Positions 37,314 through 47,600 of a DNA stretch of 64,000 nt are shown one piece after another. The translations under genes and the position numbers were made by a program. This stretch comes from an uncultured Gemmatimonadota bacterium (GTDB lineage: Bacteria; SM23-81; DAOVCL01): positions 22,551-86,550 of the forward strand of contig CAZVGK010000011.1 of the NCBI GenBank assembly GCA_964626665.1, in the 5' to 3' direction. A model generated the notes under the pieces. That model worked only from the letters and a program-made list of their open reading frames with translations. It was not told the DNA's origin and ran no database searches. Every line of letters begins with the position of its first letter. Position 1 is the first letter of the stretch.

Positions 37314-37796
37314 TTATGTGGCTATCCCGTAGATCAAGAGGGCAAGCATAGCCAAGGCTAAGAAAAACCTAATCATCATGCCCCCTAAAACCCCCACGGC
37401 AGCTCCCAATCCAGCCCTAAAGCTTCCCGCAGAATCCTTTCCGCCCAAAGCTTCCCCCAAAAACGCCCCTATAAATGGCCCAACGAAAAGACCAGGCAGA
37501 TTGCCCAACAAAAACCCGCCAAGGGCACCCAGGACTGCCCCTACCATCCCCAACTTTGAGGCCCCCAAACCTCTGGCACCAAGCGAGGTGGCAATGTAAT
37601 CCACCAAGAGGGAGAAGAGGGTGAGAATCACCAGGGCGATGTAGATTTCGGAGCCTATCCGCTGAAAACCAAACCCAAGTCCATAGACCACGGCAGCCAA
37701 AAGGATAAGAAGGGTCCCCGGCAGGAAGGGAAGAATAACGCCAACGAGACCGAGGATAACCAAAAGCACCACAACGATTCCAAAAATTATCTGCAT
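37314..37796 (-). CDS. DUF456 family membrane protein, copy 1
   Basis: GVILPFLPG...GPFIGAFLGE; 160 aa from ATG 37796; near-identical to 39689-40171. Confidence 0.85.
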   Translation of the reverse strand: MQIIFGIVVVLLVILGLVGVILPFLPGTLLILLAAVVYGLGFGFQRIGSEIYIALVILTLFSLLVDYIATSLGARGLGASKLGMVGAVLGALGGFLLGNLPGLFVGPFIGAFLGEALGGKDSAGSFRAGLGAAVGVLGGMMIRFFLALAMLALLIYGIAT

Positions 37797-37870
37797 CAGC
37801 CAAAACCCCGTCCCAGGCAATACGGATATTGTTTCAGATTACCTGTTAGGAAACCACGAGATTCCACTAT

Positions 37871-38065
37871 CCCGAATTATTCATAAAAATCTGTAAGTAG
37901 CTTTAAATTACCAATAGCTGAGCGGTCAGATTCCCTGATCTGACCGGGGCAGAACGGGGGTTCTGCCCCCTCAATTTTGCAGATTGGGTTACAAGCCCCC
38001 GACGATCATCCTCATCCAGGAATATGAGCCCTCCAAAATGAGAGAAGTTTATGATATTACTCTGG
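37871..38065. mobile_element. Degenerate third MITE copy carrying a different REP pair
   Basis: Left end CCCGAATTATTCATAAA is identical to 38672. Internal GGTCAGA...TCTGACC and GGCAGAAC...GTTCTGCC palindromes; right end decayed. Confidence 0.45.
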
Positions 38066-38099
38066 CCACATAATTTGCACATTGCGAAACAATATAGAA

Positions 38100-38345
38100 C
38101 AGTATAGGGGTCAGGTCTTGCTTTTTGCCATCATCGAGGCTATCCTGCTTACCCTGGAGTAGTGAACCCCTAAAAATTCACCAACCTCCTTCAGTTTGTA
38201 TCTCCACCTGTAAATAGCCTCGTATATACCTTCATTAGCCTCCTTCCCCTCAAATATCTCCTCAAGCGATGGCCTTGCAGCATACCTTTCCCTTCTTGCC
38301 ACCTCCCCTGCTCCAAACTTCTCCAGCAGATCCCTTGCCTTTTGA
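38100..38345 (-). pseudogene. C-terminal HTH fragment of a REP-associated tyrosine (Y1) transposase
   Basis: RPSLEEIF...YKLKEVGEFLGVHYSRVSRI...KSKT, ending in the GGGGTCAGGTCTTGC motif. A second fragment lies at ~39559-39685. Confidence 0.55.
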
Positions 38346-38671
38346 ATAATATAGGGGCAACTCCTATATTTTTGTTGGAAAATATAGGGCAAAAATAGTG
38401 AAGAAGGCTGAGGATTGGAAGTGGTCAAATGCGAGGGTGAATATAAAGGGAATGAGAGACGATGTTTTAGATAAAATATGGGGGGGCCCGCATTTCGCAT
38501 CGACAGCTAAAAGCTACGGGATGTAAGGGGGGGATGCAGAGGCACACCCGCAAATGCACAGAATAGTGCTTTGTAGGAATTGATTTTGGTTTATTCCCCC
38601 AAATTGCACCCTATCAAAAGGCTTTCAACCTCTATTGAGAACACCTCGTAAGAATTCCCTTCTGCTTCAAA

Positions 38672-38853
38672 CCCGAATTATTCATAAACTAATAGCGGAT
38701 TGAGGTAATCTCTTGAGATTGACGGGAATTTGTATTCTCGTGTAGGGACAGACCTTCAGGTCTGTCCGCTCCTCGGACAAGTCTAAAGACTTGTCCCTAC
38801 GATTGAAAGTTCCTGACGATTAAAGGTTAATAAGAATTTATGAATAAATCAGG
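38672..38853. mobile_element. MITE (182 bp), same family as 9470-9643, with CAAA target duplication
   Basis: Ends CCCGAATTATTCATAAA and TTTATGAATAAATCAGG, flanked by CAAA on both sides. Internal GTAGGGACAGACC...CTTGTCCCTAC REP pair. Confidence 0.8.
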
Positions 38854-39024
38854 CAAAATACCTACATTGCAAATAGCTCATTATAACTTGACAGAATAGA
38901 AAAAGAGCTTATATTCTCTTATGTGTCCCCGATGTGCCTGGATAGCTGGCCAGCGTCTTATATAGCTTGAAGTGTTGCCCTAAGGAAGTTATACAGAAGT
39001 TAGGCTTAAAAAGGATGACAACGT

Positions 39025-39282
39025 ATGCCAACTATTCTCCTGATTCTTGGATGGCGCCTCTTCTTTTATGCTAATGAGAGGAATGAACCTATCCATATTC
39101 ACTGTCGAAAGGGCGATAAGGAATGCAAGTACTGGCTTGATACAGAAACTTTTGATTTGGAGGAAGCGTACGCTTACCATGTGACACCAAGAGATAAACG
39201 AGAAATAAAGAAGATCATTTTTGAACACTTTGAGTATATTGAACAGCAATGGGAGGAATTCCAGAGGAGAAGAGATATATGA
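39025..39282 (+). CDS. DUF4160 protein (putative TA toxin component)
   Basis: MPTI...FFYANE..EPIHIHC...CKYWL. Confidence 0.85.
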   Translation: MPTILLILGWRLFFYANERNEPIHIHCRKGDKECKYWLDTETFDLEEAYAYHVTPRDKREIKKIIFEHFEYIEQQWEEFQRRRDI

Positions 39283-39557
39283 AGAGATATCATGATGTCC
39301 AAAATGTCCGTTTTGAAGGCGATAATATCGTCCTCAAAATCGACGGGGCCCAGAAGAGATTTCCCTTGGAGAAAGTTTCCAAAAGGCTTCTTCATGCCAA
39401 TCCTACTGAGCGTCAGACATACGAAGTCTCACCTTCTGGATACGGCATTAATTGGCCCCTAATCGATGAGGATATCTCCATTGACGGGTTACTTGGGATA
39501 GTCCATTGCAGAAAGGCGAAAAACAAAGTTGGGAGTAGAAAAAAGGTCAGTTTGTAA
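39279..39557 (+). CDS. DUF2442 protein (putative TA partner)
   Basis: ATGA overlap with DUF4160; RLLHA...GYGINWPLIDEDISIDGLL. Confidence 0.85.
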   Translation: MKRYHDVQNVRFEGDNIVLKIDGAQKRFPLEKVSKRLLHANPTERQTYEVSPSGYGINWPLIDEDISIDGLLGIVHCRKAKNKVGSRKKVSL

Positions 39558-39688
39558 AACAGTATGGGGGTCAGGTCTTGCTTTTTGCTACCCTCGCGGC
39601 TATCCTGCTTACCGTTGAGTAGTGAATCCCCCAAAATCCGCCAACCTTCATCAGCTTATATCGCCACCCATAAATGGCCTCTTTAATC

Positions 39689-40171
39689 CTATGTGGCCAT
39701 CCCGTAGACCAAAAGCGCGATCATCGCCAGGGCCAGGAGGAACCTGACCACCATTCCCCCTAAAACCCCCACGGCAGCTCCCAATCCAGCCCTAAAGCTT
39801 CCCGCAGAATCCTTTCCGCCCAAAGCTTCCCCCAAAAACGCCCCTATAAATGGCCCAACGAAAAGACCAGGCAGATTGCCCAACAAAAACCCGCCAAGGG
39901 CACCCAGGACTGCCCCTACCATCCCCAACTTTGAGGCCCCCAAACCTCTGGCACCAAGCGAGGTGGCAATGTAATCCACCAAGAGGGAGAAGAGGGTGAG
40001 AATCACCAGGGCGATGTAGATTTCGGAGCCTATCCGCTGAAAACCAAACCCAAGTCCATAGACCACGGCAGCCAAAAGGATAAGAAGGGTCCCCGGCAGG
40101 AAGGGAAGAATAACGCCAACGAGACCGAGGATAACCAAAAGCACCACAACGATTCCAATAATTATCTGCAT
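39689..40171 (-). CDS. DUF456 family membrane protein, copy 2
   Basis: Near-identical to 37314-37796. Confidence 0.85.
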   Translation of the reverse strand: MQIIIGIVVVLLVILGLVGVILPFLPGTLLILLAAVVYGLGFGFQRIGSEIYIALVILTLFSLLVDYIATSLGARGLGASKLGMVGAVLGALGGFLLGNLPGLFVGPFIGAFLGEALGGKDSAGSFRAGLGAAVGVLGGMVVRFLLALAMIALLVYGMAT

Positions 40172-40256
40172 CGTAAGGTATTCAAAATAATCTGCATTTC
40201 AATCCTGCCAGATCTCGTTTTTTGGACAAAACTTTTCAGCTCGCCTTGAATAAAAG

Positions 40257-40350
40257 ACTTCTACCGCACTTCAGCGCGGGTTAGGGCCTTTAGGCCCAAC
40301 TTATTGAGGGCTAAAGCCCTCTTACCCCCCGCTTTAGCGGGGGTAGAAGG
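40257..40350. repeat. REP-like cluster (CTACCGCACTTCAGCGCGG / GGGCTAAAGCCC / CCCCGCTTTAGCGGGG)
   Basis: Nested palindromes; a degenerate relative lies at ~3405-3485. Confidence 0.55.
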
Positions 40351-40496
40351 ATAGGGGGCGCATTTATGCGACTATCTATTCGCGAGATTCGTCTATTTGT
40401 GTCATTCGTGTTCCAAAGATTCAGTGAAATCAGTGTAATCTGTAGCCTTTGTTTGGTTGCAGCTTTGCCGCGCTGTGGTTATACACATTTTGGCGG

Positions 40497-43184
40497 TTAC
40501 GGATGGGCCTGGGCCCAGTTCTCCCCCCAGCCTATGTCCGCCTTTATGGGGACCTTGAGGCTAAGGGCATTCTCCATCTTCTCCTTAACCAATTGGGTAA
40601 CCTCTTCTAATTCCCCCCGCGGAACCTCAAAGACGAGCTCGTCATGCACCTGGATGATTAGTTTGGCCTGCAGCCCCCTTTTCCAAAGCTCCTCCTGAAT
40701 GTTGATCATCGCCAGCTTAATCATATCCGCCGCCGAGCCCTGCACCGGCGTGTTGATCGCGGTGCGTTGGGCAAAGCTCCTTTCCTTTGACCTCTCCTCC
40801 CTGAGCTCCGGCAGGTATCTCCTGCGATTTAGGAGCGTCGTCACATAACCGTCCCTTTTGGCCCTTTCAATGGTGCTCTCGATGTATTCCTTAACCTGAG
40901 GATAAGTGGCAAAGTAGTTATCAATGAACTCCTCGGCCTCCTGCAGGGGCATATCCAACCGGGAGGAGAGGCCATGCGGCCCCATCCCATAGATGATGCC
41001 GAAATTGACCATCTTGGCCCGGGACCTCAATTGAGAGGTAACCTGGGAGAGGGAGAGGCCAAATATCAGAGAGGCCGTCCTCCGATGGATGTCCTCCCCC
41101 TGGCGGAAGGCCTCGATCAGCCTCTCATCTCCGGAGAGATGGGCCATTATGCGCAACTCTATCTGGGAGTAGTCAGCGGAGAGGATGACGCTCTCCCCAT
41201 CTCCGGCGATAAATGCCTCCCTGATTCTTTTGCCCAACTCGGTCTTGATGGGAATGTTCTGCAGGTTGGGATCGGAGCTGGATAGCCTGCCCGTGGCGGT
41301 AACCGTCTGATTGAATGACGTGTGGATCCTTCCAGTTTTAGGATTGACAAGCTGAGGAAGGGCATCAACATAGGTGCTTTTGAGCTTGCTCAGTTGCCTG
41401 TAATCGAGGAGCTTTTTGGCTATCTGGGAATCCTTGGCCAACTCCTCCAAAACCCCCACATCGGTGGAGTAACCTGTCTTTGTGCGCCGCAGCCTCCGCA
41501 AACCAAGCCTGTCAAATAGAACCTGGGAGAGCTGTTGATGGGAGTTTATGTTGAATCTGCAGCCGGCCAACCCATAGATCTCCTCGGCCAGAGAGGAGAG
41601 CTTCTCTCTGAGCTGGGAGGACATCTGGCCCAGCAACCCTTTGTCTATGGCCACCCCATTCTTTTCCATCTGGCAAAGGACGCTTAAAAGGGGCATCTCC
41701 ACCTCCTCGAAGAGGGGCCAAAGCTCAAGGCTCTTTAGCTTGGGCTCAAAAATCTCCTTTAATTGCAGGGTAATATCGGCATCCTCCCCGGAGTAGGAAA
41801 CGGCCTGGGAGATGGGAACCCGATCAAAACTTATCTTGTCTTTTCCCTTCCCTAAGAGCTGGGAAAGGGGGATCATCTGGTGATTTAAATACTTGAGGCT
41901 CAGGAGGTCGAGGTTGTGTTGGCGGGAGGAGGGATCGAGAAGGTAGGAGGCCACCATCGTGTCAAAGCATATCCCTCTGAGCGTAAAGCCGCTATTCTCC
42001 AAAACCAGCTTGTCATACTTAATGTTCTGTCCCACCTTCTTCAGCCTCTCATCCGCCAAGATGGGGCCGAGCTGAGTCCGCACTTCCTCAAGCCTCAGGT
42101 TCTCCCCCCAGAGGTGGCCCACTGGTATATAGTAGGCCTCCCCCTTGGCTGGGGAAAAGGAAAACCCCACGATACTCGCCCTCATCGGCTCCTGGTGGGT
42201 GGTCTCCAAATCCAGGGAGAATGTGCCCACAGTCCGCAACCTCTCCGCCAGTTTTTGCAATGCCTCTGAACTGTTGACCAGGGTGTATTTAACCTGGGGA
42301 GCCGCCTCCTGGGGAACTATCTGAGAAAGGAATTTGGTAAACTCCAAATTCTTAAATAGCTTCACCAACTCATCGGCATTGGGCTTACCCTTAGCCAGGC
42401 TCTCTATCTTGATCTCCAGGGGGACATCGGTATCGATAATAACCAATTTCTTAGAGAGCAGGGCTTGTTCCCGATGCTTCCTGATGCTCTCCCTCACCCT
42501 TTCCGGGAAGACCCTTTCCAGGTCCTTGAGCACCTCCTCCACCCCCCCAAACTCCTTGATCAATTTTACTGCCGTCTTTGGCCCCACCCCAGGAACCCCA
42601 GGGACATTGTCCGAGGAGTCCCCCATTAAGCCCAAAAAATCGGGAACCCTCTCCGGTGCCACCCCGATAGTCCCCTCCACCCCCTCCCGATTAACCACCA
42701 CCGTCTCCCTTTTCTCCCTCCCCGGCCTCATCACCCTCACCCCCTCGGCCACCAACTGGAGCATATCCTTATCCCCGGAGAAGATAACAACTTCATACCC
42801 CAGCTTTGATCCCCTCACCGCCAAGGTGCCAATGAGGTCATCCGCCTCATAGCCTTCCACCTCTAAGATGGGAAGGTTGAGGGCCTCCACCACCTCTCTA
42901 ATGCGGGGAAGCTGAGCACTCATCTCCTCAGGCATCTTCTGCCGTGTGGCCTTATAGTCCGCAAACATCTGATGGCGAAAGGTGGGCTTTTTGGTATCGA
43001 AGACGACCCCGATATAATCCGGCCTCTCCTCCCGCAATAGCTTCAAAAGGGTATTGGTAAAGCCAAAGACAGCGCTGGTATTCTCCCCCTTAGAGTTGAT
43101 CAGGGGGTTGCGGATGAAGGCAAAGTAGGCCCGATAGGCCAACTCCGAACCGTCAATGAGGAAAAGCCTTATTTTGCCCATCAC
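40497..43184 (-). CDS. polA: DNA polymerase I
   Basis: 5'-3' exonuclease (YEADD, GDSSDN), 3'-5' exonuclease (DLETT) and polymerase motifs (ADYSQIELR, NFGIIYG, QVHDE). Confidence 0.98.
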   Translation of the reverse strand: MMGKIRLFLIDGSELAYRAYFAFIRNPLINSKGENTSAVFGFTNTLLKLLREERPDYIGVVFDTKKPTFRHQMFADYKATRQKMPEEMSAQLPRIREVVEALNLPILEVEGYEADDLIGTLAVRGSKLGYEVVIFSGDKDMLQLVAEGVRVMRPGREKRETVVVNREGVEGTIGVAPERVPDFLGLMGDSSDNVPGVPGVGPKTAVKLIKEFGGVEEVLKDLERVFPERVRESIRKHREQALLSKKLVIIDTDVPLEIKIESLAKGKPNADELVKLFKNLEFTKFLSQIVPQEAAPQVKYTLVNSSEALQKLAERLRTVGTFSLDLETTHQEPMRASIVGFSFSPAKGEAYYIPVGHLWGENLRLEEVRTQLGPILADERLKKVGQNIKYDKLVLENSGFTLRGICFDTMVASYLLDPSSRQHNLDLLSLKYLNHQMIPLSQLLGKGKDKISFDRVPISQAVSYSGEDADITLQLKEIFEPKLKSLELWPLFEEVEMPLLSVLCQMEKNGVAIDKGLLGQMSSQLREKLSSLAEEIYGLAGCRFNINSHQQLSQVLFDRLGLRRLRRTKTGYSTDVGVLEELAKDSQIAKKLLDYRQLSKLKSTYVDALPQLVNPKTGRIHTSFNQTVTATGRLSSSDPNLQNIPIKTELGKRIREAFIAGDGESVILSADYSQIELRIMAHLSGDERLIEAFRQGEDIHRRTASLIFGLSLSQVTSQLRSRAKMVNFGIIYGMGPHGLSSRLDMPLQEAEEFIDNYFATYPQVKEYIESTIERAKRDGYVTTLLNRRRYLPELREERSKERSFAQRTAINTPVQGSAADMIKLAMINIQEELWKRGLQAKLIIQVHDELVFEVPRGELEEVTQLVKEKMENALSLKVPIKADIGWGENWAQAHP

Positions 43185-44020
43185 TCTATCTGCTTGGCCA
43201 AAGTTCCCAGGGTGGCGATGAGCATAAGGGTGCGATAGAGGGCGGGGAGATCTTGCGGATGGAAACGGATCTGCCTCCCCGACAACCTTTCCACCCCTGG
43301 AATTAAGGAGGCGAGATCACCGATCAAGGTGGTGACCAGATCGATCTCCACCTCTAAGGGAGGGGAAATGCAGTAAGGCTTCAGGCTTCTGGCCTTCTTC
43401 ACCGCAGCCTGGGCAGCCTCACGCAGAAGTTCCCTTACCCTTAGAGGATGTATATTCCGGCTGGCGAATCTGGACACCCCATACTTGGTAACCACTGTCT
43501 CTACCCTTTCATCGAAACTCATCCTCACCTGTTCCACAAATCGATCATCCCCCGAGGCCAGCCCCAGGGGAACTCCAAAATGCCCCGCATAGGCGGCGTT
43601 TATCTCCGCCTCTCCCATAGGCTTCCCCCCGACCCTCAGCTCATAGATGGTCGAGGGAGAGTAGGTGTGGTCCATCCCTCCCCCTTGAGTGCCCACACCG
43701 GCATGGTATCCAACAAAGAAGAGGAGATCAAAGCTGGAGTCCAACCCCTCCATCATATAATATGTCCGGGGATAACCCTTCACCAAACTAACCTCCTCAT
43801 CCAACTCCTCTATGAGGAGGTTCTCCCCAAAGGAATGGGAGTCGGCAACAAGTATCTCCTCTAATTTCTCTCCACTCTGCTTTATGCCTTCAACCACTGC
43901 ATTTATCTCCTGGGTAGCCAATTCCCTTACCCTGTTGAACTCCTTCCCTCCCCTGGCTGTCTCCCTCCAGGAGCTCACCCCACCCACACCTTCCATATCA
44001 AAGGAGATAAATACCTTCAA
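43181..44020 (-). CDS. dppA: D-aminopeptidase, M55 family
   Basis: ISFDMEG, DSH, GYHA, HTY and SGDD. Confidence 0.9.
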   Translation of the reverse strand: MKVFISFDMEGVGGVSSWRETARGGKEFNRVRELATQEINAVVEGIKQSGEKLEEILVADSHSFGENLLIEELDEEVSLVKGYPRTYYMMEGLDSSFDLLFFVGYHAGVGTQGGGMDHTYSPSTIYELRVGGKPMGEAEINAAYAGHFGVPLGLASGDDRFVEQVRMSFDERVETVVTKYGVSRFASRNIHPLRVRELLREAAQAAVKKARSLKPYCISPPLEVEIDLVTTLIGDLASLIPGVERLSGRQIRFHPQDLPALYRTLMLIATLGTLAKQIE

Positions 44021-44252
44021 ACCCCCTCCTTGTTTGAGATTCTATGCACCCTTCATCGCACGGCAAAGCCGTAACCAAACACCAACCACAGATTACACGA
44101 CACCCATAGAACACGAATCACACGAATAAACGAATTGAACGAATGGATAAGAAAACATACTTATTTACTGCGGGATCTCTTGTTGAGGTGGCAGAACCCC
44201 TGTTCTGTCACCCTTGCTTTGCCGTCAGAACAGGGGTTCTGACGGCTCAGAG

Positions 44253-44489
44253 TTATAGCTCCTCCAGCCACCAGGTGTCCGTCCTCTCCGAGTAGGAGAG
44301 CTTGAACCTCGCCCCATCCCTTGTGGTCACGATAAAGATGCGCTTGTGAGCCCTTAGGTCGGCCTCATCTTCCACCCAACTCCTCTCCACCTCATCTACC
44401 ATAAACCTTCTTCCTTGAAAGAGGAAGGAGATGGGGCGTTCCGCCCCCCGATACCCGGAGTATGATTCCACCTGGACCAAATACATCAC
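44253..44489 (-). CDS. Small hypothetical protein (DUF6504-like)
   Basis: YSGYRGAERPISF...W pattern; RBS GAGGGTG. Confidence 0.6.
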   Translation of the reverse strand: MMYLVQVESYSGYRGAERPISFLFQGRRFMVDEVERSWVEDEADLRAHKRIFIVTTRDGARFKLSYSERTDTWWLEEL

Positions 44490-44669
44490 CCTCTAAGGAA
44501 GCAAAGATTTAAACACGAATCCCACCAATTGACGAATAAAACAGATCTAATATCAGTTTTCAGAGGTTAGGGATCAGTTTTCAGGTATACCTCAGTTGTC
44601 GGTTGCCAGTTGTCAGTTGTCACAGATTTTTCCCGACCCCTGGAGACTGATCCCTGTCAGCCGCTGGAC

Positions 44670-47600
44670 CTATTTCAAGAGGACCATCTTTTTTGTCTTT
44701 ACCGTCTTTAGCCCCTGCCACTTAGCCTCCAGCCTGTAGAAGTAGATTCCAGAACCCACCTTCTCCCCCCCGTTGTTCCTTCCATCCCATCTAAACTGGT
44801 GGAACCCCCCCTTCTTCTCTCCGGCAAAGAATTTTTTCACTTTCCGTCCTAAAATGTCATAGATGGTCAGCTTGACCTTTGCTACCTCTCCATAAGGTAT
44901 CCCGTAGCGGATAACAGTGACCGAGTTGAAAGGATTGGGGTAGTTTTGGAAGAGGGTGAAGGTCTTGGGCAGCCCATATCTCTCGGTGGCCTTTCCCTCT
45001 TCTATAATTAAGGTCTGGTTTGCCTTAATGTCGACCAAAGTATCGGCGACTCCGCTGGGCCAGCGGACAAGGATAGTATCTGCCTTTAGCCTCTTCCCCA
45101 AGCCGAAATGGAGCCAGGGAAGGGTGTGAAACCTGAAGCCAAAGCTGGACTCCTTAACCTGAACCAGCCCACCGGCTACTACTCTCACCAGGGTCCCAAT
45201 CCCATCTTGGTTGCTCTCTTTTCCCACAAGCTTCAGGTTTAGCCAATTGTTCCCCTTCAGGTTGTTCTGATAGAGGCAACTTTCGTCCCCCCCATAGCTC
45301 GTCAAGTAGAGATCCTGGTCTCCATCACCGTCATAATCAAAGAATACGGAACCGATCTCATCGTTCCGTTTTCCCAGGCCAGAAAGATCGTTGAGCGGGG
45401 AGAAAGTGCCGTCTCCCTGGTTATGAAAAAGGACACTCGGCCCCTCGTATCTGCGGACCAAATAGAGATCCAGCCATCCATCATTGTCATAATCTCCAAA
45501 TGAGCTGCTACTCACTCCTTGAATCCCATTCAAGCCTAAACTATCCGACCGAACCTCTCCGAACTCCCCGTTTCCCTCATTGTGATAAAGGATGTTACTA
45601 CCGGCGATGAAAATATCAGGAAAACCATTGTTATCATAATCGCCTACGGTTATCACTCCATCTCCTCTCTGAACCCCAGCCTCCTCGGCTACATCCTCAA
45701 ATGTCCCATCACCGTTGTTAAGATAAAGCTGGTTAGGCCAACTAGAACCGTTCAGTATAAAAAGATCTTCGTCCCCATCGAGGTCATAATCAAAGAAGAG
45801 GGCAGCATAGGACCGACTAAGACCTCCCAGCCCCGGCTCCTCAGTCCTATCCTCGAAGCGTCCATCCCCCAAATTACGGAGCAGAATCCCCTGGTTATCA
45901 AAAGTAAGAACAAAGAGGTCTAAGTATCCATCGTTGTCATAATCGGCAACGGTAAGGGAATTGCTTCCTGAAATTATACCCTCCACCTGAATTTTAGCGA
46001 AGGTATCATCCCCCTTGTTTTCATAGAGAACATAGGGAGGCCGGTGGTCCAGGCCCAGCAGGTCTTCGTCCCCATCGTTATCATAATCAAAGAAAAGCAC
46101 ATCTAAAAGCACAGTGGAGCCATTCTCTCCCACTCCCGCTATCTGGGTTACACCAGGAAATGTCCCATCTCCCTCATTGCGGAGTAGACTTCCGGAACTA
46201 AGATAGAGGTCCGGCCTCCCATCCCTGTTGTAATCCCCCAAGGTCACAGAACGTGCCCCCAATCCTGAGAGGCCAGAAAAGGGGAGAGGAGAAAATATGG
46301 GGAGGGCTGTTCCCAGGGTGGCCAGGTTATCGCTCTGATCGAGATCTGAGGGCAGAATTACCTCAAAGCTTAGGGTATACTTGGCAAAATCCTTTGGAGT
46401 CCAAGGGGAGAAGGAGACAGTTGTTGTATCCATACTCTCCAGAGAGGAAATACCCTTCTCCTCCGAAAAGAGTTCCTTCTCCTCCTCCACCAGAGTATAG
46501 CTGACCTGAAATCCCTCCTCTCTATTTTGACCAATATTTTTTATCTTTATCCTGGGGACAAATGGCTCTCTTAGGTTGAACTCTCTGGAGGGACTCAGGA
46601 TGGCTTCAACTCTCAGGTCATGGGCAAGCAGAGGTTCGGTTATCTCCAATACCTGATCCACACTCACCTCAGGGAGAACTTGCCTCTTTCGACTTGGCCA
46701 GGTAACCCTCAAGGAGTCAACGATTCCTTCATTCCCCAAGCCAAAATGGAGGGAATAATCTCCCTTTACTGCCGTAAGCCATCTGACTTGCCTCCCCTCC
46801 CCTGAGAAAAGCTCAACTTTACCTCCTACCCCTAAAGAGTTGCTTAAGATGCCGGATAGCTTCACTTCCAACCAGTGGTTGCCGGAGAGATCGTTGCGAA
46901 AGAATGCACCTTCACCATCCTCTACCGCTATGTAAAAGTCCATATAGCCATTTTGGTCGATATCTGAGAAGGCGAAAGCTTCTCCGCTTCCTGGATAGTC
47001 AATTCCTGCCTCCCAGGCTCTATCCTGGAAAGTGCCATTGCCCTGGTTTTGGTAGAGGACATTCAACCCACTTTTATTGATGAGGAATAAATCTAAATCC
47101 CCATCGTCATCATAATCTGCCCAGAAGGCTTTACCACCCATCCCCAGGTAGTCCACTCCTGCTGAGGAAGCAACCTCAGAAAAATTACCACTGCCATCAT
47201 TCTGGTAGAGCTGATTGGGTTCGTGGTTTCCCTTCACCAGATAGACATCTAAATCACCATCGTTGTCATAATCCCCAATAGTTACATCCTCGCCATAAGT
47301 ATACCTGAGCCCCACTGAACCGGCTACATCCGTAAAGGTGCCATCGCCATTGTTCTCATAAAGGAAACTTACGCTATAATGGCCGGTGAGAAAGAGGTCC
47401 AAGTCCCCATCGGTGTCATAGTCAAAAAAGGCGGCAGCGTAAAATCCCAGGGTAGAGATAGTGGATAAACCAGCAGGAAAGGTATAATCTGAAAATTTAC
47501 CCCCTATGTTTCTTAACAGAACACTCCTTGATTGATCATAACTCCAGGATGCATTGCTCAAAAATATATCCAGCCAGCCATCTTGGTCATAGTCGCCAAT

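Noticed and set aside
38111-38500. 129-aa ORF as a complete gene
   Set aside because: Only the C-terminal half resembles a transposase HTH tail. There is no HUH/Y1 catalytic domain.
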